Virus record (IMG/VR): IMGVR_UViG_3300022937_000093
Span: 1-31,087 of that record
Length of the DNA: 31,087 nucleotides
Reading direction: 5' to 3' (one strand)
From: a virus
Lineage: Duplodnaviria > Caudoviricetes
Part shown: in pieces, positions 1-9,100 of the stretch
Layout of the letters: each line of letters opens with the position of its first letter
How positions within the stretch are numbered: the stretch's first letter is position 1
Notes under the pieces: model-generated
Databases searched by the model: none
What the model was told of the DNA's origin: nothing
Seen by the model: only the letters and a program-made list of their open reading frames with translations
Made by a program: the position numbers and the translations under genes

Positions 1-599
1 TTGACCAAGCAAAGGTCACTTTAGAGTCACAAGGTGAAGGAGAAAACAAGTCTCTTTATCTAAAGGGCATTTGTATTCAGGGTGGTGTCAAAAACGCTAA
101 CCAGCGTATATACCCTGTCTCTGAGATAGGCAACGCTGTATCGACCCTAAAGGATCAAATTGACGGAGGATACTCAGTTCTAGGTGAAGTTGATCACCCA
201 GATGATTTAAAAGTAAATTTGGACAGAGTTAGCCACATGATCACTGACATGTGGATGGACGGTCCTAACGGGTTTGGCAAAATGAAAATTTTGCCAACTC
301 CAATGGGTAACCTAGTTAAAACGATGCTGGAAAGCGGAGTTAAACTAGGTGTCTCATCAAGAGGAAGCGGAAATGTTAACGAGTCAAACGGCGAAGTTTC
401 AGAGTTTGAAATTATTACCGTGGATGTAGTGGCACAACCAAGTGCTCCTGGGGCATATCCTACACCAATCTATGAACACTTTATGAACACTAGAGGTGGA
501 TTAAGTGCGATTAGATCAGCAGGTGAGGTAGGACATGATCCGAAAGCACAAAAGTATCTACAAGAACAGATACTACGAGTCATAAAAGGCTTGCAGTAA
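1..599 (+). CDS. gp21: Prohead core protease, T4 gp21-like (5' truncated by window edge)
   Basis: The frame is open from base 3 (DQAKVTLE...LYLKGICIQGGVKNANQRIYP...LGEVDHP...NLDRVSH...GVKLGVSSRGSG...DVVAQPSAPGA). N.N.R.Y, GE.DHP, GVSSRG.G and D.V..PS are gp21 motifs. The ORF-track start at 219 is internal. Confidence 0.93.
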   Translation, partial: DQAKVTLESQGEGENKSLYLKGICIQGGVKNANQRIYPVSEIGNAVSTLKDQIDGGYSVLGEVDHPDDLKVNLDRVSHMITDMWMDGPNGFGKMKILPTPMGNLVKTMLESGVKLGVSSRGSGNVNESNGEVSEFEIITVDVVAQPSAPGAYPTPIYEHFMNTRGGLSAIRSAGEVGHDPKAQKYLQEQILRVIKGLQ

Positions 600-616
600 C
601 AAAAAGGAGAAGCACG

Positions 617-1702
617 ATGAGTGACGTTTTTAATAAACTTTTTGAAACTGGGATTATTAGCGAAGAGGTCAAAGACCAAATCACTAATGCCTGGGAATCA
701 AAAGTAAAAGAGCACCGTGATAGTGTTACTGCTGAACTACGTGAAGAATTTGCTAAACGCTACGAACATGATAAATCAAGCATGGTTGAAGCGATTGACG
801 CAATGGTCTCCGAGCGTTTGGAATCAGAAATTAAAGAACTTTCTGAAGATAAAAAAGCACTTGCTGAAGCAAGAGTTGAATATAAGAAGAAAGTTGCTGA
901 ACATTCTGAGAAACTGCAAGAGTTTGTACTCGGTCAGTTATCCAAAGAAATTTCAGAGTTGAATGAAGACCGTAAAAAAGTTTCAGAAAACTTTGGAAAA
1001 CTCGAAGACTTTGTTGTTAAATCTTTAGCAAAAGAAATCACAGAGTTTGCAGAAGATAAAAAGGATCTAGCAGAAACCAAGGTTAAACTTGTAAAAGAAG
1101 CAAAATCCAAACTTGATGAAGTGAAACAACGCTTTATTGAGAAATCTGCAAAAGTGGTAGAGTCTGCTGTTAATTCTAAATTAACTTCAGAAATCAAACA
1201 ACTCAAAGAAGACATTAGTGCTTCAAGAGAAAACCACTTTGGTAGAAAACTATTCGAAGCGTTTGCTAATGAATATCAATCATCTTACTTAAACGAAAAA
1301 TCAGAAACTGCGAAGTTGATGAGAGTTATCGCTGAGAAAGATGCATCATTAGAAGAGGCTAAGAAAACCATCACAGAGAAGGACACTTTAGTTGAGTCTA
1401 AGGAAGCAGAAATTGCTAAAGCCAAAGACGAAGCAGAGAGAGTTGCAGTGATGAATGAGTTGTTAAACCCACTAGGTAAAGACAAGCGAGAAATCATGTC
1501 AGAACTATTGGAAAGTGTGCAAACAGGTAAGTTGCATACTGCGTTTGAAAAGTATCTACCTGCGGTAATGGAAGATAAAAAACCATCAACTGCAACCAAA
1601 AAGGCAATCATGGAAGGCACAGAAGTAACAGGCGACAAAGAAATCAAGGTAGAAGAAAATTCAAACTTAATTGAACTCCGCAGATTAGCGGGATTAAACT
1701 AA
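617..1702 (+). CDS. gp22: Prohead core scaffolding protein, T4 gp22-like
   Basis: 361 aa Glu/Lys-rich coiled coil lying between the protease and the capsid gene; AAGGAG RBS upstream. Confidence 0.8.
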   Translation: MSDVFNKLFETGIISEEVKDQITNAWESKVKEHRDSVTAELREEFAKRYEHDKSSMVEAIDAMVSERLESEIKELSEDKKALAEARVEYKKKVAEHSEKLQEFVLGQLSKEISELNEDRKKVSENFGKLEDFVVKSLAKEITEFAEDKKDLAETKVKLVKEAKSKLDEVKQRFIEKSAKVVESAVNSKLTSEIKQLKEDISASRENHFGRKLFEAFANEYQSSYLNEKSETAKLMRVIAEKDASLEEAKKTITEKDTLVESKEAEIAKAKDEAERVAVMNELLNPLGKDKREIMSELLESVQTGKLHTAFEKYLPAVMEDKKPSTATKKAIMEGTEVTGDKEIKVEENSNLIELRRLAGLN

Positions 1703-1718
1703 AAAGGAGAGACAAAAA

Positions 1719-2891
1719 ATGTCAGACATACTAAAAGAAAACTGGCAGGAGACCAAAGTAGCACTTCTTGAAGGCTTAGAAGGTCACAAGAAGAGCGTAA
1801 TGGATGTCACTCTCGAGAACACTCGCAAGTATCTCGCTGAGGCGGCAACTTCTGGCGCAACTAGTGCTGGGAACGTAGCAACTCTTAACAGAGTTATCCT
1901 TCCGGTAATTAGACGTGTAATGCCAACTACAATCGCAAATGAGATTGTTGGCGTTCAACCAATGACTGGACCTGTATCACAGATCCATACATTAAGAGTA
2001 CGTTATGCTGAAACTTTTGATGACGTAACTGCTGGCGATGAAGCATTATCACCATTCCAAATTGGCTTAGGCTATTCAGGTGGTGGTTCTACTGATAAAG
2101 CAGATGCAACTGCAACACTTGAAGGTGCGGCAGGTAAAAAGTTAAGCATTCAAATCTTAAAACAAGCAGTAGAAGCGAAAACTCGTAAACTATCTGCTCG
2201 TTGGACATTTGAGGCGGCTCAAGATGCACAAGCACAACAAGGCATTGATATCGAAGCGGAAATCATGGCGGCTTTAGCACAAGAAATTACTGCTGAAATC
2301 GACCAAGAGATCCTTGCTTCATTAAGATCACTTGCTTCAGTTGAACAAACTTACGACCAAGCGGCAGTATCTGGTACTGCTACATTCGTTGGTGACGAAC
2401 ATGCGGCTTTAGCAGTTCAAATCAACAGAGTAGCAAACTTGATCGCTCAGCGTACACGTAGAGGTGCAGGTAACTTTGCAGTGGTTTCAAACCAAGCATT
2501 GACTATCCTACAATCTGCTACAACTTCTGCATTCGCAAGAACTACAGAAGGTACGTTTGAAGGCCCAACAAACACTAAATTCGTTGGTACATTAAACAAC
2601 GCAATGAGAGTGTATGTTGATGCTTACTTGGCTGATTCAGGTGCTGATGACTCTCAAGTACTTGTTGGTTACAAAGGCTCATCAGAAGCAGATGCGGCGG
2701 CATTCTATTGCCCATACATTCCGCTAATGTCTTCAGGTGTTGTTCTTGATCCAGCAACTTTCGAACCAGTTGTGTCATTCATGACACGTTATGGTTATGT
2801 TGAGTTGTCAAACACAGCATCATCACTTGGTAACGCTGGTGACTACTTAGGAAAAGTGTCAATCACTTCTTCTAACGTATCATTCTCGTAA
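1719..2891 (+). CDS. gp23: Major capsid protein, T4 gp23-like
   Basis: Motifs LPVIRRVMP, GVQPMTGP, EAKTRKLSARWTFEAAQD, EITAEIDQEI, GYKG...DAAAFYCPYIPL and FMTRYG; AAGGAG RBS; followed by a strong terminator. Confidence 0.96.
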   Translation: MSDILKENWQETKVALLEGLEGHKKSVMDVTLENTRKYLAEAATSGATSAGNVATLNRVILPVIRRVMPTTIANEIVGVQPMTGPVSQIHTLRVRYAETFDDVTAGDEALSPFQIGLGYSGGGSTDKADATATLEGAAGKKLSIQILKQAVEAKTRKLSARWTFEAAQDAQAQQGIDIEAEIMAALAQEITAEIDQEILASLRSLASVEQTYDQAAVSGTATFVGDEHAALAVQINRVANLIAQRTRRGAGNFAVVSNQALTILQSATTSAFARTTEGTFEGPTNTKFVGTLNNAMRVYVDAYLADSGADDSQVLVGYKGSSEADAAAFYCPYIPLMSSGVVLDPATFEPVVSFMTRYGYVELSNTASSLGNAGDYLGKVSITSSNVSFS

Positions 2892-2911
2892 TCCAAGGGT
2901 AGCGTGATTAG

Positions 2912-2942
2912 AATAGGGCGGCTTAGGTCGCCCTATTTTTTT
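2912..2942 (+). terminator. Rho-independent terminator after the capsid gene
   Basis: AATAGGGCGGC-TTAG-GTCGCCCTATT stem followed by a T run. Confidence 0.9.
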
Positions 2943-2994
2943 GTCCAAAACATCATAAATTCTGCTCTATTTCTAATACCACAAAAGATCTTTC

Positions 2995-3002
2995 TATAAA
3001 TA
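2995..3002 (+). promoter_or_regulatory. T4-type late promoter TATAAATA upstream of the ncRNA/tRNA unit
   Basis: Exact gp55-type consensus, intergenic, just after a terminator. Confidence 0.75.
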
Positions 3003-3007
3003 TTATT

Positions 3008-3238
3008 GTAAAGTCAAAGTCAATGCTGATTGGCGGTGAACTTTGGGACGCCCCTGGTGACAGCACACGCTGGTGACAGATGGTAAGTACGAAGGTGACG
3101 TGGATTAGTACACTCAACTCTCACATTAACCTTGATTTCACAAAACCAATTGTTTAAGGATATGGTTAATGTTAACCCAAAAACTCGGTAGTCTCGGAAT
3201 CTATAAAGTTAACGCTCAGCCATTTTCCTTTAAATCAA
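3008..3238 (+). ncRNA. Candidate structured RNA / tRNA 5' leader
   Basis: No credible CDS. Helices: 3015-3020/3040-3045, imperfect 3092-3104/3119-3133, 3130-3138/3232-3240 (perfect 9 bp) and 3156-3176/3208-3230. The loop of the last helix is complementary to the downstream anticodon arm. Confidence 0.55.
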
Positions 3239-3316
3239 GGGGGAGTGGCAGAGTGGCTCAATGCAATAGTTTCCGAGGCTATCCAACCGCGGGTTCGAAT
3301 CCCGTCTCCTCCACCA
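3239..3316 (+). tRNA. Atypical tRNA, anticodon CCG (nominally Arg, reads CGG), with Ala-type acceptor stem
   Basis: Cloverleaf: acceptor GGGGGAG/CTCCTCC, A73, encoded CCA; D arm GCAG-AGTGGCTCA-ATGC; anticodon arm ATAGT-TTCCGAG-GCTAT (CCG at 3273-3275); 6-nt variable region; T arm GCGGG-TTCGAAT-CCCGT. Confidence 0.88.
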
Positions 3317-3340
3317 ACTTTCTTTTATTAAATAGTAATA

Positions 3341-3616
3341 ATGAAAGAATTAGAAACATCGTTGGACTGGAAAGACATTGAACACGAACTTAGAGAACTG
3401 ATTAAATCTGCACCTGAGTTTAAATTTGATGTTATAAAATTTTGTACTTCTATTGGAGGAGAAGTAAGAAAACTAAGTGATATTGAAATAGATCTTAGAA
3501 GACAGCCTCGTGATAGCATATTACTAAAACACAAAGAACAATGCAAAAAGATTAACCAAGCAATAAAAGACTTTTCTTCAACACATCTCCTACACTTGTT
3601 TTCTAGAACAGACTAA
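3341..3616 (+). CDS. Hypothetical protein (91 aa, helical)
   Basis: Fills the gap after the tRNA with phage-typical codons; weak RBS; no motif recognised. Confidence 0.7.
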   Translation: MKELETSLDWKDIEHELRELIKSAPEFKFDVIKFCTSIGGEVRKLSDIEIDLRRQPRDSILLKHKEQCKKINQAIKDFSSTHLLHLFSRTD

Positions 3617-3619
3617 ATA
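3612..3619 (+). promoter_or_regulatory. Late promoter variant ACTAAATA
   Basis: TAAATA core at a gene boundary; the same variant recurs at 4168 and 6039. Confidence 0.55.
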
Positions 3620-3623
3620 ATAG

Positions 3624-3692
3624 TGTCAATTTAGGAGCCTACCTTAGAGTAGGACTTATGCGGATATCCACCGCGTAGACCCTAGAACGGCA
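3624..3692 (+). promoter_or_regulatory. Structured 5' UTR (three-way junction)
   Basis: TTTAGG(3630-35)/CCTAGA(3681-86) closes hairpins CCTAC/GTAGG (3638-3653) and TATGCGG/CCGCGTA (3657-3677). Confidence 0.5.
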
Positions 3693-3717
3693 ATATATAA
3701 AACAAAAGGAGAATATA

Positions 3718-4122
3718 ATGGGAAGACCAGTAAACAAAAGATACTTCGGATTACTAGATGACGGTACTAACCTTACGGTAAACGTACAGGTTGGTTCTAA
3801 CTCTGAATCAGAAGAAGGGTATATTATCAGACAAAGAAGTGAATCTAAATTTTTAGTTAACGATACTAAAACAGGAACAAAAACGAAAGTTGGCGGATCT
3901 GGAACTGGTAACGTATCTGTTTGTACACTTGTGGATAAAGCGGCAGGATCATTAGCGGCTGACGAAATGTCACTACAAGGTACACTAGCAGGAACTGATG
4001 GAAATCAAGTTAGAGTTGCAAAACTATATAATAGAACCTGCAGAGACTTTAATAATGTTAGATACAAATGGGAAGTTCAAAACGACTCATCCGAATCTAT
4101 CATGCTTTTAACTGCAATCTAA
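3718..4122 (+). CDS. Hypothetical virion protein (134 aa, MGRPVNKRYFG...)
   Basis: Strong AAGGAG RBS, with its own promoter and terminator, in a late-gene context. Confidence 0.8.
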   Translation: MGRPVNKRYFGLLDDGTNLTVNVQVGSNSESEEGYIIRQRSESKFLVNDTKTGTKTKVGGSGTGNVSVCTLVDKAAGSLAADEMSLQGTLAGTDGNQVRVAKLYNRTCRDFNNVRYKWEVQNDSSESIMLLTAI

Positions 4123-4135
4123 TTGCTATATCAGG

Positions 4136-4166
4136 AAAGGGCAAATTCGCTTTGCCCTTTTCTTTT
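4136..4166 (+). terminator. Rho-independent terminator
   Basis: AAAGGGCAAA-TTCGC-TTTGCCCTTT followed by TCTTTT. Confidence 0.85.
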
Positions 4167-4167
4167 G

Positions 4168-4175
4168 ACTAAATA
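4168..4175 (+). promoter_or_regulatory. Late promoter variant ACTAAATA
   Basis: Lies immediately after the terminator and upstream of the 4203 gene. Confidence 0.6.
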
Positions 4176-4202
4176 ATGCTATAAAGTAAGGATCCTACTA
4201 AC

Positions 4203-5159
4203 ATGGCTGTAGACGTTTTAAAAGTAACTGGTGATTATAAATTAATTACTGCATCAAATGGTACAATTACCCTAGATACGGGTAATGAACAGGGTACCGT
4301 ACGTATTACTGGTGACCTAATTGTTGAAGGTGTGTCTACCACGGTTAATACCGCCAACCTTGATATTGAAGATAATATTATTACACTTAACAAAGGCGAA
4401 ACCGGAATCGAAACAATTACGTTAGGCCAGTCAGGTCTTTCAATTTCTAGAGGTGTTAAGCCTGACGGAGTTACCGTTGCAGATGCCGCAACACTTTTAT
4501 GGGACGATACGTTAACATACACTAAACCAAATGGTGGTGCAGGCGATGGTATTTTTACTTTTAAAATAGGTTCAGAAATAGCCGCAATAAGAACAAACCA
4601 TATCAGCACAACAGGAGAAGATTTAGTATTACTAGGATCAAATGCTCCAAATGCAAAATTAAGTGTTAGAGGTACAGCAAATTACGAATCAGGATTAACA
4701 GACGACGATATTCCAAATGTTGCGTATGTTAACAATATTTTCTCAACTATTAATATTCCAGAAATTAGAACAGATAATACTTATGTAAACACAGAAGACC
4801 TAAATGATGGAGATCCTGAATCAAGAATTACAGGTTATGTTGATAATGTTCAAAGGCTTAAAATTACCTTAAGAGAAATGAACCTAGGCGATATTACACT
4901 AGACGGTACAACAATTCGTTCTACAAATAGTAACGAAGAATTAATTTTACAAGCAAGTGGTACAGGTAATGTTGTTATAGATGAAGTATTGAGCCTTGCT
5001 AGTCCTGTAAGTAGTGCTCCTGCAGGTGATACGGACCGACTAAAAATTTACGCACAGCCAGAAGGACTAGGTGGAACTGGCCTATTTTTTGTAAATAATA
5101 CTACAAGAGATGAGATAACTAGTAAAAACAGATCATTGCTTATGAGCATGATATTTTAG
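4203..5159 (+). CDS. Putative virion structural/fibre protein (318 aa)
   Basis: Beta-rich and Gly/Thr-rich. ITGDLIVEGVSTTV...IEDNIITLN and TIRSTNSNEELILQASGTGNV motifs; the latter is shared with the 6144 protein. Confidence 0.75.
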   Translation: MAVDVLKVTGDYKLITASNGTITLDTGNEQGTVRITGDLIVEGVSTTVNTANLDIEDNIITLNKGETGIETITLGQSGLSISRGVKPDGVTVADAATLLWDDTLTYTKPNGGAGDGIFTFKIGSEIAAIRTNHISTTGEDLVLLGSNAPNAKLSVRGTANYESGLTDDDIPNVAYVNNIFSTINIPEIRTDNTYVNTEDLNDGDPESRITGYVDNVQRLKITLREMNLGDITLDGTTIRSTNSNEELILQASGTGNVVIDEVLSLASPVSSAPAGDTDRLKIYAQPEGLGGTGLFFVNNTTRDEITSKNRSLLMSMIF

Positions 5160-5168
5160 GAAAAAAGA

Positions 5169-5513
5169 ATGGCAATTACTAACGATTTTATTGATGCAGG
5201 ATACACAACTTTGTACACATCTTCGGGTACAAATGCTGTAACAACTATGATTTTTTGTAACTATGCTGATGTTGATAATATACCAGGCGACACTAGTTTA
5301 ACAGATGCAGATACGTTTTTAGATCTTCATGTTGTTAAAAATGGACAAAGTGCGGCAGATTATAATAAAATTTTGCACAGATTATCAATTCCAGCAGGAG
5401 AAACATTTATCATGGATACAGAAAAATTTGTATTAGATAATGGTGACAAAATTATTGCACAAACAACATCACCTGCAACGGTTTCAGTTACAATTTCAAC
5501 TATTGAGGTGTAA
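5169..5513 (+). CDS. Small beta-sandwich virion protein (family of 9825 and 23609)
   Basis: Pattern LYT...TTMIFCN...IPAGETF...KFVLDNGDKI resembles the other two small proteins. Confidence 0.75.
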   Translation: MAITNDFIDAGYTTLYTSSGTNAVTTMIFCNYADVDNIPGDTSLTDADTFLDLHVVKNGQSAADYNKILHRLSIPAGETFIMDTEKFVLDNGDKIIAQTTSPATVSVTISTIEV

Positions 5514-5516
5514 CAA

Positions 5517-6005
5517 ATGAGATTTGTAAAACAAGCATTTTTAAAAAACAAGTTTATTGTTGATAGATCATTGTTTGTTGACATTAACGGCTCTGTGCAA
5601 TTTGCAGGCGCAATCCAAGGAATTCAAATTGGAGGCGGAAATACTTCACAAAGATCTCCAGCACCAGCCAACGGAACTATTAGATATAACACACAATTAG
5701 GTGAACTAGAAGTTTACGTAGGTAATAGTTGGGAACTCTTAAGAACTAACAGACCAGGAACTATATCAGTACAAAACTTAGGAACAGGTGATGCGTCAGC
5801 AACTGAGTTTGGTCCTTTAGATCCTGCACCTGTAGCGGCAGAAAACATTATTACATTAGTTGAAAACGTTATTCAAATCCCTGGTGTAAACTATACACTA
5901 GTAGACAATAGTGGAGACAAATATGTTAAGTTTGATTCTCCTGTACCTTTTGGCAAGGATGTAACCGTAATGCATGGATACGACGGTAGCATTCTAGGCG
6001 CATAA
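5517..6005 (+). CDS. Putative baseplate/fibre-associated protein (162 aa)
   Basis: GNTSQR.P...GTIRYNT...EVY...W motif (also in the 6144 protein) plus V.Q.PG.NY...F..P.P motif. Confidence 0.72.
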   Translation: MRFVKQAFLKNKFIVDRSLFVDINGSVQFAGAIQGIQIGGGNTSQRSPAPANGTIRYNTQLGELEVYVGNSWELLRTNRPGTISVQNLGTGDASATEFGPLDPAPVAAENIITLVENVIQIPGVNYTLVDNSGDKYVKFDSPVPFGKDVTVMHGYDGSILGA

Positions 6006-6038
6006 TTAATACCTACTCACACGCTTTTTCCAATTTAG

Positions 6039-6046
6039 ACTAAATA
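6039..6046 (+). promoter_or_regulatory. Late promoter variant ACTAAATA
   Basis: Intergenic, upstream of a GC-rich structured leader. Confidence 0.55.
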
Positions 6047-6143
6047 CTATTAATCGCAAGAGTTCTTGCGAGGACATACCGTGGTCAACCCGCGATGTAA
6101 GGTGGTTGGAGGCACAGGATGCCCGTTTATAAGGAGAAACACA

Positions 6144-9100
6144 ATGGCCGTGGGTCGTATTTCGGGTCCGTTGTTAAAGGCAAATCTTATCCGTAATGGT
6201 GTAGATTTAGCGTTTGAAACAGACTTACTATATTTGGATGTTAACAATGGTCGCATTGGTATCAAAAAAACCAATCCTTCTTATGAACTAGATATAAACG
6301 GCACGGTGCAAACCACAGACTGGATAGCAACAAATTCAGCAACAACAGGTAATTTAACATTCCAAGGTAACACAATCAGCAGTACACTAGGTACTATTGA
6401 ACTAACACCTTCTGGAAGTGATCCTGTAATTTATCACTCAAAAATTCAGGTAGACTCATTAGAATTCAATGACAATTATATTAGAACATTAGATTCTAAT
6501 GCGCCTATCGAATTGCGTCCAAATGGTACAGGTACTATTGAATTAGTAGGTAACACAAACGTTACAGGAAACCTATACGCAACAGGAAATATCACAGCAG
6601 GCGGAAATATTAGTTTAGGTGATCAACCAACTGATACTATTGCTATTAATGCAGATGTAATTTCAAATATTATTCCTGATGAAGATGACAAATATACACT
6701 AGGTACTCCGACACAACGTTGGAAAACAATTAACACAAGAAATATCAATGTTAGTGGTTTACAACTAAGTGATAACACAATTGAAACACTTGATTCTAAC
6801 CAAGATTTAACCATCCGTGCAAACGGTACTGGTAAAGTTAGAATTGAAAACTTGTTACTAACCGAAGAAGGAAACACATATTTTGTTACCACAAACGGCG
6901 ATGATACAGAAGAAGGAACTAGCATTGATAGTGCTTTTGCTACAATCAAATACGCATTAAGCCAAGCAACATCGGGCGATATTATCAAAGTTGCGGCAGG
7001 AACATACGAAGAAGTATTTCCATTGGTAGTACCTGCGGGTGTTACGATTAACGGATCAGGTATTAGATCAACCGTTGTTAAAGGAACGTCAGCAACACAG
7101 AACAAAGATTGTTTCCATTTAGATAGTGCAACAACCATTCAACACTTATCAATCAAGGACATGAAGTACGATGCATTGAACGATACGGGTTATGCATTTG
7201 CGTTCAATCCTGCGGGCATTTCGGTTGCATTACAATCTCCATACATTATTAATTGTACGGTTTTAAGTAGAGGCACAACAACAAGTGCAAGTGATCCATA
7301 TGGATTTGACAGCGGAGATGCTGGTAGAGGTGCTAAGATTGACGGAAGTTTAGTTACAGCAAGTTCACTAGAAGCGGCAATGCTGTTTAATGATACAACA
7401 TTCTTTATTCCAAACCAAACAGCAATTTACATGACAAATGGTGCTAGAATAGAATGGCTAAACTGCTTTATCTATTTTGCAGACAAAGGAATTTATGCTG
7501 TTAGTGGTAGCACTGGTAGGGGCGGCGATGGTAAAACAAAAGTTGACCTAACAAACTATACTGGAACATTTAACAATGGTGACACGGTAACATTAACGTC
7601 AGAAGACGGATCAACCGTGCTAGGTTCTGGAGTTATTGAATCGTCAGAAACCGTTAACGGAAATTTAAGATTAATATTTGATGGCAAGGTTACAGGATTT
7701 GTTCCTAACCCTAATAGAGATGACAAAACAATTAATCTATCAGGTGATGCACAATTAAGTACAACACAGAAAAAATATGGAACAGCAAGTTTATACTTGG
7801 ATGGAACAGGTGATTATGCTACCGTTGCTAGTACAAACGATTTTGGTTTTGGTACAGGAAACTTTACCGTTGAAGGTTATTTTAGATTTGATGATGTAAC
7901 AGGAACAAAATATCTATTTGATTTAAGAAGTGCATCAGGAACAACAGCACCTAGTGTTTATGCAGATGGAGCAAACGTTAAGGTTGCGGTTGCTGGTAGT
8001 GACGTAATTACAGGTACAGCAACATTAACAACAAACACCTGGTATCATATTGCAATAGCAAAATCCGACGATGGAACAAAATTATTCATTAATGGATCAC
8101 AGGACGGTTCAACATACTCTGATACAAACAACTACGGTACAGCAAGACCTTTAGCAATTGGTACTGATTATAATAACGCAAACGTTTTTGCAGGTTATGT
8201 TGATGAAGTAAGGGTAACAAAAGGATTACCAAGATACCTTGCTAACTTTACAGCATTAACTTCAGCATTTGTTGGAGACTTAACAACGGTATTCCTAACA
8301 CACTTTGATGGACAAAACTCAAGCACAACCGTAACGGAAGATGTAGAAATAAAATTAGATATTAGTTCATCAGGTGGTGGTACAGCAACAGGAATTTCAA
8401 ATGTTGACCTTAAAGAGTTTGGCGCTGAATTAAGATCAATAGGATCAGCAAACGTTTACGGTAACCAAGGTGTTATTGCAGACGGAGAAGGTGTTGTTTT
8501 AAGACTTATCAATCATAACTTTGGTTACATGGGTGTTGGTAAGAGAACGGACAACGATGTTTCTGCTGTAATACAAGCAAACGAAATTACAGAATCAAAC
8601 GGTGGTAAAGTATTATTCAGTTCGATTGACCAAAGCGGTGACTTTAGGGTTGGTAACGCATTTACCGTTGATCAAGAAACAGGTAACGTAACATTTGAAG
8701 CACAAAGTTTTGATATTACATCACTATCAGGTTTAACATTTACAGACGGTGGTAACACAACTATTGTTGATCCTAATAGGGTTGAAACAGGAAATATTAG
8801 ACTTAGTGGTAATCAAATTATCACAACCAGCGGCGACCTAACAATTAATCCAGATTCAACAAGCAAAGTTAATGTTGAAGGAAATTTAAATGTTACTGGA
8901 TCATTGTTAAAAATACAAGACACAGATCAAGATACAAAAATTACGGTTGAATCAGACTTTAATCAAGACGAAGATACTATTAATTTTTATGTACAAAATT
9001 CAATTGAAGCATTTATAAACACAGATGGTTTAACAACTTCTCAGTTTCAGTCAGACGAAGTTAGACTTGTTAACAACTCTGTTCAAACATATCAGAATAA

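Noticed and set aside
3023-3157. Small ORF with an in-frame TGA (MLIGGELWDAPGDSTRW*QMVSTK...) as possible readthrough or Sec
   Set aside because: No RBS, atypical codons and no recognisable SECIS; the region is better explained as structured RNA.
3008-3316. tmRNA (suggested by G3:U70, A73, CCA and an upstream pseudoknot)
   Set aside because: The element has a full D stem and a closed 17-nt anticodon arm with no inserted mRNA domain. The 5' and 3' acceptor halves are in normal order, so it is not permuted, and no convincing tag ORF is present.
3169-3381. 70-aa ORF in the track
   Set aside because: Runs through the tRNA and its leader stem.
6066-6143. N-terminal extension of the 1251-aa ORF
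   Set aside because: TTG start inside a hairpin; a strong RBS precedes ATG 6144.
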